From Myxococcota bacterium (GTDB lineage: Bacteria > Myxococcota_C > UBA6777), in NCBI GenBank assembly GCA_023150835.1, contig JAKLKB010000046.1, positions 1 through 63,264 of the forward strand: a stretch of 63,264 nt of DNA, written 5' to 3'. Positions 29,059-38,408 of the stretch are shown here, piece after piece (position 1 is the stretch's first letter; each line of letters begins with the position of its first letter). Position numbers and translations under genes: made by a program. The notes under the pieces are model-generated. The model was not told the DNA's origin. It saw only the letters and a program-made list of their open reading frames with translations, and did not search any database.

Positions 29059-31329
29059 ATGTCCGATAAACTGACCATCCGTGACTCCAGCATCGCTCGT
29101 GCTTATGAAGCCCTCAACCGCAACCAAATCAACAAAGAAGACGCCCAAAAACTGATCGATGCTGCCAAAGACAACGGCAGCATTAGCTCCACCGAAAAAG
29201 AAGAACTCAACTGGATCCTCTACAAACACCAAGACAACTTTAGCGCAGATGCACGCGCTCATCTCGCCCAATCTTTGGGCCTCTCCGCAAACAACGGTCG
29301 CATCGCTCTCCCTTCTCTTTACCTTCGCGACTCAGGCCTGCGCCAAGAACTTTCCAAAGCCCTTGCCGACAACAACATCAGCAAAAGTGACGTCACCGCA
29401 CTCCTCAATTCGGCCCGTGATGGCGGAAAGATCACCACCTCCGAGCGTGGCGAGCTTCTGACGATCCTCAATCGATTGGGCGAAAAATTCGATGGAGACG
29501 CACGTTCGGCCCTCGCACAATCCCTTGGTGTGACGCTCCCCGAACCCACCCCCGGCCCCGGCCCGACTCCCGGCCCCAATCCCCAAACCCCTCCCAAAAA
29601 TGTATCTTCGCTCGTCGGGAACCCCCGCGAGATCAACAATCTCAATGAATTCGCCGACAAGTTTCGCGCCAAGCTCGAATCCGTCAAGTCTGATCTCGTC
29701 GGTCATCCCGGCCTCACCGACGATCAAAAAGCCGATCGAATGTTTGAGTTCTTCAAGCCTTACGGCGAACAATTCCACCAATTGTCCGAAAATGCAGGCG
29801 CAGAAAAAACCCGCACCGCGATGACCGCTGTCGAAGCTCAACTGAAAGAAGTCGGTTTTGGTTCTGTCCTCAACAAAGACGATGACAAAGACGGCATGAC
29901 TATGGCCCGCGAGATTATGCGCGGCACCGATCCCAAGCGCTTCTCCGCTGTCGCTGACAGCGTGAGCTGGACCACCACCTACTGGCCGATGGCTGGCAAC
30001 GGACGCGGTACAGACGGCGATGTATCGAGTAACCTGTGGGCCAAAGGCGGCGCACTTGACAAACTCGATGTCCTCAACCGCGAACGCGGCAACGACACAG
30101 GCGCAAAAGCCCTTGATTTTGAACGCAAACCCGCTCTCAACTGGTTGATCGGCAGCAAAGACACGGGACACTACATCCCCGACTCTGATCTCAGCGAAAC
30201 CAACGCAGAACGCACCACAGGCGTGGATTTCGATGGCGATGGCCGCATCACCGACGGCGTCAAAGCCGACTTCCTCGACGGCCAAGGCAACTTTGCTGCG
30301 ATCTCCAGCCGCGATCAACTCGTCCCCAAACTTGACGGCCAAACCCTCAAGCGTCAAATGGTCACAGAAAACGGCCAAAACACCGTCAAATACTTCCGCT
30401 CCAATGGTGCAGAAGTGACGGGTGCAGATCGCGCTCGTGTCGTCCTGACCAACCCCAACGCAGACGGAAAAGCCGAAAAAACCATGGATGTCGGCTGGTG
30501 GGGCTCTTGCGACAAAGTCGCCCTTGCAGGCATCCTCTTTGAAGCCCCCGTCAAAGAATCCGTCGTCGTGGATGGCGTGACCTTCACCAAACAAGATATG
30601 CTCGGCCTCTTGACGGTGATCGCAGACAGCCAAGCCAAAGGAAACGACTTTGTGGGCAACCGCTACGACAACCGCCCCGATATCCTCGTGACCAAAGACG
30701 GCAAGCAACTCTCTGGCAAGCTCATGACCGACGGCATCGAGTTTGAAACCAACGGGATGTGGCGCTGGAGCGGCGATTACACCGTCCTCAACAGCGTGGA
30801 CAAAGAGATCAAATTCCAAGACTACGCCACAGGCGAGATCAAAACCTTCCCCGCTGATCAAATCAAACACCTCGCCCGCGAAGACAAAGCCGATATGAGC
30901 GCAGGCGAATTCAACAAAACCATCATGGATTGGCTGCAATCGGGCCGTTCCGCTGCGATGGACCGCGATGCTGGCGACCACGTTTGGAACTACAACTTCT
31001 GGAAAGCTGAACGCGCCGAAGTCAGCAAGCCTTGGAACGTCAGCAATGCCGCTGAGCTTCGCGGATTCAACGGCGAAGTTAAAAATCCCGACAACGTCAA
31101 ATTCTACGAAACCGACGTGTACTTCGGCGAATCCAACTACCCCCGCACCTACCGCTACTGGGTCGAAACCGACACCGCAGGCAAAGAGATCAACAGCGGT
31201 TGGAACGGTGAAAACCCTGACTTCCTCTGGCGTCCCACCGGCTTCAACAACTGGAGCGGCCCCAACACACGCAACCCCTTCGTCAAACCCGAACTCGTCA
31301 AAGAAATCTACAACAAATTCTTTGAGTGA
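29059..31329 (+). CDS. Transglutaminase-elicitor-like protein with two N-terminal helical repeats
   Basis: WTTTYWP, WWGSC, VTFT..D..GLL, DRDAGDHVWNY, YRYWVE, NPDFLWRP. Strong AAGGAGG RBS and strongly C-ending codons. The family call is by motif resemblance. Confidence 0.72.
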   Translation: MSDKLTIRDSSIARAYEALNRNQINKEDAQKLIDAAKDNGSISSTEKEELNWILYKHQDNFSADARAHLAQSLGLSANNGRIALPSLYLRDSGLRQELSKALADNNISKSDVTALLNSARDGGKITTSERGELLTILNRLGEKFDGDARSALAQSLGVTLPEPTPGPGPTPGPNPQTPPKNVSSLVGNPREINNLNEFADKFRAKLESVKSDLVGHPGLTDDQKADRMFEFFKPYGEQFHQLSENAGAEKTRTAMTAVEAQLKEVGFGSVLNKDDDKDGMTMAREIMRGTDPKRFSAVADSVSWTTTYWPMAGNGRGTDGDVSSNLWAKGGALDKLDVLNRERGNDTGAKALDFERKPALNWLIGSKDTGHYIPDSDLSETNAERTTGVDFDGDGRITDGVKADFLDGQGNFAAISSRDQLVPKLDGQTLKRQMVTENGQNTVKYFRSNGAEVTGADRARVVLTNPNADGKAEKTMDVGWWGSCDKVALAGILFEAPVKESVVVDGVTFTKQDMLGLLTVIADSQAKGNDFVGNRYDNRPDILVTKDGKQLSGKLMTDGIEFETNGMWRWSGDYTVLNSVDKEIKFQDYATGEIKTFPADQIKHLAREDKADMSAGEFNKTIMDWLQSGRSAAMDRDAGDHVWNYNFWKAERAEVSKPWNVSNAAELRGFNGEVKNPDNVKFYETDVYFGESNYPRTYRYWVETDTAGKEINSGWNGENPDFLWRPTGFNNWSGPNTRNPFVKPELVKEIYNKFFE

Positions 31330-31549
31330 TCCTCGCCTCTCCAAACTGATCTCCCCCTCTTTCCGCTGCCTTCATCCTCCCCCCCCTCATCTGCCACGAA
31401 CGCTTTTGCGTCCACACGATCTCGATTTGTGCAGCAGAGCGACTCGCCCACCGGTCGGGCCTCTTTACCACAAACGCTTTTGCGATCACGCAATCCCTTC
31501 TTCACCGCTTTCCCAAGCGCTCCACATCGCGAGCTGCAAGGAGGCTTTC

Positions 31550-32854
31550 TTGCACAGCAACTCCGTCAGCAATTTTTATCTCCAAGAAGTCCTCGCCAAA
31601 AAAGAAGAGCACACCCCATCCCCCATCCCCATCCGCATCACGGGCATGGGTCCTTTTAAGCGCGTGGTGGTTCCGCCCAACGTCTACGTCGTTCACACCC
31701 GCCAAGGCTACGAAAAGCCCCTTCACATCGGGCTGGGCATCTCCTTTCGCTACAATCCCTACAAAGACGCTTTTCTGGTGATCCCCGCCACACTTCAAAC
31801 CATCCTAATCAACGCCCGAAGCATCTGCCGCGAACGCCAAGGGATCCTCGTCCAAGCCTACGTCCAATGGATCATCGACGATATCGAAACGGCTTATCGA
31901 CGACTCGACTTCTCCAACCCCGAAGATCCGACCGCGACCGTCCGCGAACAACTGCGCGAACAAGCCGAAGCCACCATCAAAGACAAAGTCAGCACCATGA
32001 GCATCGATGAAGTCCTCTCCGACAAAGGCTCGATCATGCTTGAGATGACTCACCGCCTGCGCGAAGTGGCCGAAGGTTCGGGCTCTGGACTCGGTCTCAA
32101 GATCGTCACCGTACAGATCAAAGAAGCCGTCATCAGTTCGGGGCGTCTTTGGGAAAATCTCCAGCAGCCCTTTCGTGCAGAAAAAGAACAGGCCGCCCGC
32201 CTCGCTGATATCGAACGCGAACGTGTGCTTGCCCTCCAAGAACAACAAAACCAAACCGCCACCGAAAAAGCCCTGATCGCCACCCAAGAAGAACTTGCTC
32301 AGCTTCGATCCACCCAAGAAGCCGATGCCTTCGACCGCGAACTACGCGAAGAAGAGCGACGACAACAAGCACGCCTTGAAAGCGAACAGCGCCGCATCAC
32401 CCTCGAACACCAGATCCAACAAGAACGCGAAGAAACCGAACTCGCCGCCGAGATCGCACAAATCGAACGCAAGATCCGCCGTTACCAAGAACAACAAACC
32501 GAGATCACCGCACAGATCGCTCACCAAAAGATCGCCCACCCACTCCAAGAACTCCTCACCCAACACAGCGAAGAACTCCGCACCTTCCAAGCGCACGCCG
32601 AAGACAAGCGCGAAACCTTACGGCTCCAACAAGCCCGTCTCTTGCGCGAGATCGAAAACTTGATCAGCCAAGAACGCCTCCAAGAACGCCTGATCGAACA
32701 ACTCCCCACCATCGCCCAACATCTCCCCTCCCCCGAACACCTCGAACAGATCCAGATCAGCGGCCCAAACGACAGCCCCACCGCTCTTGCCCCGTTCTTT
32801 GCGCTACTTTCCAAACTGCGCGACCTGCTCAACCCTCCCGCCTCACCGTCCTGA
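31550..32854 (+). CDS. SPFH/Band 7 (flotillin-like) protein with coiled-coil tail
   Basis: VVVPPNVYVVH...ILVQAYVQWII...QAEATIKDKVSTMSIDEVLSDK...LGLKIVTVQIKE, then a Q/E/R-rich coil. In-frame TTG at 31550 follows AAGGAGG. Confidence 0.85.
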   Translation: MHSNSVSNFYLQEVLAKKEEHTPSPIPIRITGMGPFKRVVVPPNVYVVHTRQGYEKPLHIGLGISFRYNPYKDAFLVIPATLQTILINARSICRERQGILVQAYVQWIIDDIETAYRRLDFSNPEDPTATVREQLREQAEATIKDKVSTMSIDEVLSDKGSIMLEMTHRLREVAEGSGSGLGLKIVTVQIKEAVISSGRLWENLQQPFRAEKEQAARLADIERERVLALQEQQNQTATEKALIATQEELAQLRSTQEADAFDRELREEERRQQARLESEQRRITLEHQIQQEREETELAAEIAQIERKIRRYQEQQTEITAQIAHQKIAHPLQELLTQHSEELRTFQAHAEDKRETLRLQQARLLREIENLISQERLQERLIEQLPTIAQHLPSPEHLEQIQISGPNDSPTALAPFFALLSKLRDLLNPPASPS

Positions 32855-32908
32855 TCGCTCTCCGTTCGCACCATGCCAACGAGCAGGTTGTGTGGGACTT
32901 TTGTGCTT

Positions 32909-33031
32909 GTGGGGTTTCACCCCACACCCCACAAGGGAGCAAAGCCCCCTTGACCCCGTGTTGGCAGAACGAGCATTCGTTTTTCAAACCTGCGACGACT
33001 CCGCTTGACAAAGCGCGAACACGGCTTTTTC
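32909..33031 (+). repeat. Dispersed repeat family A, copy 2
   Basis: GTGGGGTTTCACCCCACACCCCACAAGGGA...CCCGTGTTGGC...CGCTTGA...GAACACGGCTTTTTT. Confidence 0.85.
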
Positions 33032-33068
33032 AATCCACCGCATCACTTTTTTCTTTTTCTATCGGATA

Positions 33069-33299
33069 ATACGATATCCGAGTGAAGTGTACACGGAGGG
33101 TCGTGCGGAGACGCCCGATTATCGGGCAGCCACAGGGGGCTGCCCCTACATTTTTACGATCACACTATGGGCGGATTTCGTATAATACGATATCCGGAAG
33201 AAGCGTACACAAAGCATCATTCGGAGACGCCCGATTATCGGGCAGCCACAGGGGGCTGCCCCTACATTTTTACGATCACACTATGGGCGGATTTCGTAT
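33069..33299. mobile_element. MITE-like family B, tandem copies 2 and 3 (33069-33183, 33185-33299)
   Basis: Each is 115 bp, ATACGATATCCG...GGGCAGCCACAGGGGGCTGCCCCTAC...CGGATTTCGTAT. The 3' two-thirds are identical between copies. Confidence 0.8.
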
Positions 33300-33309
33300 A
33301 AGTCCCGCT

Positions 33310-34551
33310 CTATTTGGTTTTCTTAGAGTCTTCCAAAAATTCAAACGTGCGTCCAAGAGAAGCCTGAACGAAAAAGCCCAGCACCAGATCAGCGGTCTTC
33401 ACTTCGGCGATCATACGCCCATCCATCCCAAGCATAAGCAGCCACGCCATCGCCTTTTCCAACGGAACCCCCGGCAACATATGGCCACCTTGACGAAAAG
33501 ACCACAGCAGCGTGGGATGCTTGCAACGCTTGGGATAGAACAAGATATCGATGCCTCCCGCCTTTTCGGTTTCAGGCGGGCGTATCCCCGTGAAAGGCCC
33601 CTCTTTGCGCACCACACAGCCGTTGTGTTCGGCCCAGTATGCCAAGGTCTCGCGTGTAGGAACAAACACTTGCTTTTTGCCGCTACGTCGGCCTGCTGAT
33701 GGGATCAGCGCGTCTTTCTCGCCATGAACCAACAGAACAGGAAGCGGCGATCCGACGGGCTTTTGCGCAAGCCGCTCTGCCGAGATCGCGCCTGAGATCG
33801 CCACAACACCCCCAAAGGGCTGCTTTTCAAGCGCAGCAACGGACATCACCATCGCTGCACCGTTCGAATGTCCTGCCCAAAAAACCATCTTTGGATCGAT
33901 CTGGTAAGTCTTGCAAAGGAGACTGACCAACCCCCGTAACCACGGGCGTTGCTGCGGTATCCCCAACGCCTTTGTTGTCTCAGGGCGGCTTCCGTCATTC
34001 CACAAACGACGCACCATGTCCTCCCCGCTCCCTGCGCTTGGAAACACCACCAACCATCCCAACTCTTGGGCTTTTGGATAAAAGGACTGCGCCAACCAGC
34101 GCTCATAGATCCGCCCCGTAAAACCCGCTCCATGCAAAAACATAACAAGGCCCGTCGGACGCGACATCCGCCTTCTTTCGGGCAGGAACAGACGATACGA
34201 AGACGTGTGGCCTTCCGCCGAAAACACTTGATCTTGGATCGTCCCCCAGCTCGTGCGCATCGGCTTTTCAAGCATCGCTTGATCCCGAACAGCGTAGTGC
34301 AACAGCCCCAGATGAACGACCCCAACCAGCACAAGCCCCCACAAAACCCCCGTCCCCCCAAGCACAAGGCGTCGCCAAAGCAAACGCGCAGGATACCAGC
34401 CTCGAAAAGCTCCGATCCACGGACACCCCAGCGCCATCATCCCCAGCACGACCCAGCCCCACGCTGCACGCAAAAAGATCAGCTCCTTGATCCCCCATCC
34501 CACACTCACCAGCCCCACCACACCGCACAAACCCAACACCACATGCCGCAT
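33310..34551 (-). CDS. Membrane-anchored alpha/beta hydrolase (LpqC / PHB-depolymerase-like esterase)
   Basis: Three N-terminal TM segments, LVMFLHG, GHSNGA nucleophile elbow, VLLVHGEKD, GGH. Confidence 0.85.
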   Translation of the reverse strand: MRHVVLGLCGVVGLVSVGWGIKELIFLRAAWGWVVLGMMALGCPWIGAFRGWYPARLLWRRLVLGGTGVLWGLVLVGVVHLGLLHYAVRDQAMLEKPMRTSWGTIQDQVFSAEGHTSSYRLFLPERRRMSRPTGLVMFLHGAGFTGRIYERWLAQSFYPKAQELGWLVVFPSAGSGEDMVRRLWNDGSRPETTKALGIPQQRPWLRGLVSLLCKTYQIDPKMVFWAGHSNGAAMVMSVAALEKQPFGGVVAISGAISAERLAQKPVGSPLPVLLVHGEKDALIPSAGRRSGKKQVFVPTRETLAYWAEHNGCVVRKEGPFTGIRPPETEKAGGIDILFYPKRCKHPTLLWSFRQGGHMLPGVPLEKAMAWLLMLGMDGRMIAEVKTADLVLGFFVQASLGRTFEFLEDSKKTK

Positions 34552-34599
34552 CGATTTCTCCTCTCCTAGGAGTTGTACGAAAGCCGATCGGATAAGAAG

Positions 34600-35598
34600 T
34601 TAGAAGAATGCTTGCAAAGAAAAAGCGAGATGGCGGTTGTTGGATTCGTAATTGAGCGCAAGCTGCTGACGAAACGCGATCTGCGCGCCAAACTGGGCGT
34701 ATTGCACCCCGACACCCGCCGACAAAAAGTGCCGTATGCGTTTTTCCGTCTCGTTGAGACCGACAAAGTCGCGTACTTGATCGAGCTGGTATCCAAGACG
34801 GATCGAAACAACATTGAGGATGGTGTATTCGGCCCCAGCGCGCAGTTCGTGTCCCACTTCTCCCCCGCCCTTGGATTGAAAGTCGATCACCCAATCTACC
34901 GCAAGCTGGAACGGCATCTTGTGGCCGATCGCGATCCCGATGGCCATCGATATCGGCGTTTCTCCTGTTTCGTTGTAGATCAAGTTGTAGCCCACCACCG
35001 ACATCGAAAGCCAACTGGTGGTCTGCCACGTCACCCCCACATCCAACGTCAGCGTGTTGATCGGCGCAAAAAAAGGTCGGTTGAGGTAGAGATATTTGAG
35101 GGTGGCTCCAAACACCAACGTCTCTTGCCAAGCTGCCGCAACCCCAAGGCGAGCGATGTGTCCGTCGATGGTTCGGAGCTTTCCGTCGTCTTGGCGTGGT
35201 GACATATAGTACGAATACGACGCTCCCCCTGCGACCATCGGATTACTTTTGCTGTCGATGATCCCGATGTTAAACACGCGATTGTCTGCGGCGGGATGAA
35301 AGAAAAACGTACCTTCCAACACATACGACTTGCGCCGACGCCAAGCCCCCGCAGGGTTGATAAACAAGGCTTCCGTACCATCCGCCAAGGCAACCCCTGC
35401 GTTTCCCATCCCCATCGGGCGCGTACCAAAGTAATCCGGAGCAGGCGTCAACGGCATCGAGCCCGTCAGTTCAACCCCCGAAGCCCCGACCCACGCGCTT
35501 CCGCTCAACCACCACAAAACCCCAACGCAACACGCGGCGAGACGACCCCACCCCACCAAGCCACACAAAGACGATGTCGGCCATTTCAACGTACTCAC
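34600..35598 (-). CDS. Outer-membrane beta-barrel protein (PorV/FadL-like)
   Basis: RPMGMGNAGVALADG...LFINPAG plug motif, alternating beta strands, C-terminal Phe. The start is uncertain. Confidence 0.78.
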   Translation of the reverse strand: MSTLKWPTSSLCGLVGWGRLAACCVGVLWWLSGSAWVGASGVELTGSMPLTPAPDYFGTRPMGMGNAGVALADGTEALFINPAGAWRRRKSYVLEGTFFFHPAADNRVFNIGIIDSKSNPMVAGGASYSYYMSPRQDDGKLRTIDGHIARLGVAAAWQETLVFGATLKYLYLNRPFFAPINTLTLDVGVTWQTTSWLSMSVVGYNLIYNETGETPISMAIGIAIGHKMPFQLAVDWVIDFQSKGGGEVGHELRAGAEYTILNVVSIRLGYQLDQVRDFVGLNETEKRIRHFLSAGVGVQYAQFGAQIAFRQQLALNYESNNRHLAFSLQAFF

Positions 35599-36131
35599 TC
35601 CTCACCCAAACGACGGTGCAGATCCGTTCCACCATAGCGTTTTTTCATTTTCCGTTTGGCGAGACCCTGACGCAAACGACTCAACTTGTCAAGAAAGAGC
35701 ACGCCGTTGAGATGATCGACTTCGTGCTGGACAACGATCGCCAAAAAACCATCCGTTTCGATCCGAATCGGCGCACCATGCCGATCCTGCGCTTCAAAAC
35801 GGATGGCTTCATAACGCTCGACCGGTTCGTAGATATCTGGAAAAGACAAGCAGCCTTCTTCGCCTACAACACGCCCCCCAAGAAATGCCGTAATCGTGGG
35901 ATTCACAAGCTCCAAAAGCTCGGAACCACGGTCCTCTCGGCTTGGATCCACCACGATCACGCGCTGCGTCGAGGCGACCTGATTGGCCGCCAAACCCGCC
36001 CCGTTCGCGGCGTACATCGTTTCTGCCATATCGTCCAACAGTCGATGAAGCTCCCGATCAAATTGCGTCACTTCTCGACAACGCTCTCGCAAGATCGTGT
36101 GCGGGTACAACATAATGTCCAAAATAGCCAT
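35595..36131 (-). CDS. def: Peptide deformylase
   Basis: GAGLAANQV, EGCLS, QHEVDHLNG. Confidence 0.97.
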   Translation of the reverse strand: MAILDIMLYPHTILRERCREVTQFDRELHRLLDDMAETMYAANGAGLAANQVASTQRVIVVDPSREDRGSELLELVNPTITAFLGGRVVGEEGCLSFPDIYEPVERYEAIRFEAQDRHGAPIRIETDGFLAIVVQHEVDHLNGVLFLDKLSRLRQGLAKRKMKKRYGGTDLHRRLGEE

Positions 36132-36151
36132 ACTTTTTCCTCGTTCTACTC

Positions 36152-36267
36152 ATACGATATCCGAGAGATCGCGATGTCGATGCGATCCGCTGTAAATGCC
36201 CTGTTCTTGGGCAGCCCTCTGTGGCTGCTCTGACGTTTTGCGATCACACTACGGGCGGATTTCGTAT
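36152..36267. mobile_element. MITE-like family B, copy 4
   Basis: (TC)ATACGATATCCG...GGGCAGCCCTCTGTGGCTGCTC...CGATCACACTACGGGCGGATTTCGTAT(GA); lies 20 bp upstream of the def start. Confidence 0.78.
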
Positions 36268-36372
36268 GACATGTGTTGGATGGGTTACGTGGGGCGCTCC
36301 CCCAAAATAGCCGTGGCGGCTCGTTGCGGCCACGTGGATCGTGTGGCGCATCGCCATCCTCCGACGCATCGC

Positions 36373-38289
36373 TCAAACAGAAAGTCCGTCACGATAAAGC
36401 CCCCGCAGTCCGGGGTCGCCCAAGACATCATAAGCTTCTTGAAGAACAGTCTGTATCTCGTCGAGCTGCGCCTTAAGCTTGTCACGCAGCAACATCGGGA
36501 TCTGCTCAGGCGCGTATTGCGCTCGCGTTTGTTGGTAGGCGCGGCGGATATCTAATTCGTTGGCGTTGGGATCAAGACCCAAGATCTGAAAATAATCGGC
36601 GGTCATCACCCGTTGGTATTGTTGCTGGATATCGTGTTGGAGCTTTTGCATCTCCTCGGGAGATCGGGGAGATTCGGTGGTACGGTTTTCTGCTTGGGGT
36701 TCGTAGGTGGCTCCCAAGCCTTGTTGAAAAGCGCCCATCGAGCGCAGGGTCATGGTCGCTTTGATGTTCTGTGTGCGCCGAGCCGACGAAGGTTGGCGGG
36801 TTGCTGCACTCGGGTGAGGCGCTCGCGCCCTTGAAGCATCCGCCGAGGTCGAACCCTCGTCGACTTGAAACAGACTTTCGGGCTTTCGGGCCTGTGGGAG
36901 ACTGGGGGCCGCAACCGTCGCAGGTCGGGCAACAGGAACACGAGGCTGGTTGCCGCTCCTCCCGGGAGAAACCCGAGGAACCGTCGCACTAATGCTCGGA
37001 GGACGACGCGGAAGGATCGATGGGGACGCAGGGATCGTCGATGCGTTTCCCGAAGAGGGATCGATCTTCACATTCAAAAAGCCATCGCTTCCCGGTGTAT
37101 CCGCCATCGTCACATGACCGAGCACCATCAGCGCGTAGATCAACGCATGCAACACCACCCCTTCGATACGCAGATCTTGTTGGAGCTGCAACAGCGAATG
37201 TTTGCCATCGACGTGTTGGATGATCTTTTTTTCCAAGATGTTGAGCGGAAGCTGCCCATCCGCGAGACGGTTGGAGAACCATTGCGGGATGCGCTCGACG
37301 GAGCCAAGCAGCGAGAGCAAGCGACGGGCGCTGTAGCCGCTGCGAATACCTTGAAGCAAAAGCGGCGGGATCTCTAGCTTAAAAGGAGCGGCAGGAAGAT
37401 CTTCTGCCCCCGGGATAAAGCAAAACGTCCCCTCGACCCACGAGAACGAACTCATCACCACCTGCTCAACATAACGGCGATTGACACGCAAGATACTGGC
37501 CCGATCGATCAATCCAAGCTCGTAAAGCTTTTCGCCCGGACGGGCTTTTTGAAAGATCAACCGATGTTCGACGATCTCGTCGGGTGATTTTTTGAGGATG
37601 CCTTCTTTTTGAAGAACACGCTCAAAGTTTTGTAGCGGAACGTTCGACTCTGCGGCCAAGATCACCCCTTGATTCATCCAGATACGACGGGTTTCTTGGC
37701 CCAAACTCAGCAACATCTTGCCGGAGGCTTTTCGCAACAACAAGATCGAGAACAAACGAGCGACATCCAACTGAGCGAGCTGGCCTTTCCATTCGCGGTT
37801 GCGTTGGAGGCTGCTGCTTCCGCGTGTTCCTGTGGTGCCCAAACTCGGCGAAGAGCTTGGCGAATCCGAGGCAAGACCTGCGATATCGTTTTCAGCAGAA
37901 GGCGCATGCAGTGTCGGATCAGGGGTCGGCGTTTGTTTCAGGTGTTCGCGAAGACGTTGAAAGATCGCACGTGCGATCTGGTCGGGTGCAAGGCGACCAT
38001 CAAACACGATATCTTCGGGGCGCAACACATCCAACGAGCCGTCCTGCAAGACCGCACATAAGACTTGTGAAAGCTGCCCGCTCGCCACATAACGGCGATA
38101 AAAATCAGCCCCCTCGCCCTCGGTTGCGATCACCAAAGCCACGGGTTTGACGACCCCAAAGAGCTTGACGGCCTCGCGAGCGCGTGACGTCCGAAACACA
38201 TTCACGCCCAACTGATTGAGCGATTGCTCCAACATCCCGACGCGCTGCACATGCCCATCCAAGATCAATATGGTTTGCTGTGTTGGCAT
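36373..38289 (-). CDS. Receiver-like / DUF4388-like / C-terminal J-like domain protein
   Basis: N-terminal ILILD receiver-like fold; GQLAQLDV..LF...SG.M.L...G.I..A.SN; C-terminal YFQILGL...IRRAY...YAPE...EAYDVL.DP..R..Y. HPD is replaced by APE. Confidence 0.82.
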   Translation of the reverse strand: MPTQQTILILDGHVQRVGMLEQSLNQLGVNVFRTSRAREAVKLFGVVKPVALVIATEGEGADFYRRYVASGQLSQVLCAVLQDGSLDVLRPEDIVFDGRLAPDQIARAIFQRLREHLKQTPTPDPTLHAPSAENDIAGLASDSPSSSPSLGTTGTRGSSSLQRNREWKGQLAQLDVARLFSILLLRKASGKMLLSLGQETRRIWMNQGVILAAESNVPLQNFERVLQKEGILKKSPDEIVEHRLIFQKARPGEKLYELGLIDRASILRVNRRYVEQVVMSSFSWVEGTFCFIPGAEDLPAAPFKLEIPPLLLQGIRSGYSARRLLSLLGSVERIPQWFSNRLADGQLPLNILEKKIIQHVDGKHSLLQLQQDLRIEGVVLHALIYALMVLGHVTMADTPGSDGFLNVKIDPSSGNASTIPASPSILPRRPPSISATVPRVSPGRSGNQPRVPVARPATVAAPSLPQARKPESLFQVDEGSTSADASRARAPHPSAATRQPSSARRTQNIKATMTLRSMGAFQQGLGATYEPQAENRTTESPRSPEEMQKLQHDIQQQYQRVMTADYFQILGLDPNANELDIRRAYQQTRAQYAPEQIPMLLRDKLKAQLDEIQTVLQEAYDVLGDPGLRGLYRDGLSV

Positions 38290-38408
38290 AAAAACCTCGA
38301 TCGTTGCGCGAAAACCGAATGAAGCAAAAACAGCGGCAGCTCGATCGATTGACAATCAAAAAAGCTGCCGAACACACCAACGCCCTCGACAGCGCGAGGA
38401 CGCGGCCA

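Noticed and set aside
29332-31344. 670-aa minus-strand ORF
   Set aside because: Antisense shadow of the strongly codon-biased + strand gene; no recognisable motifs.
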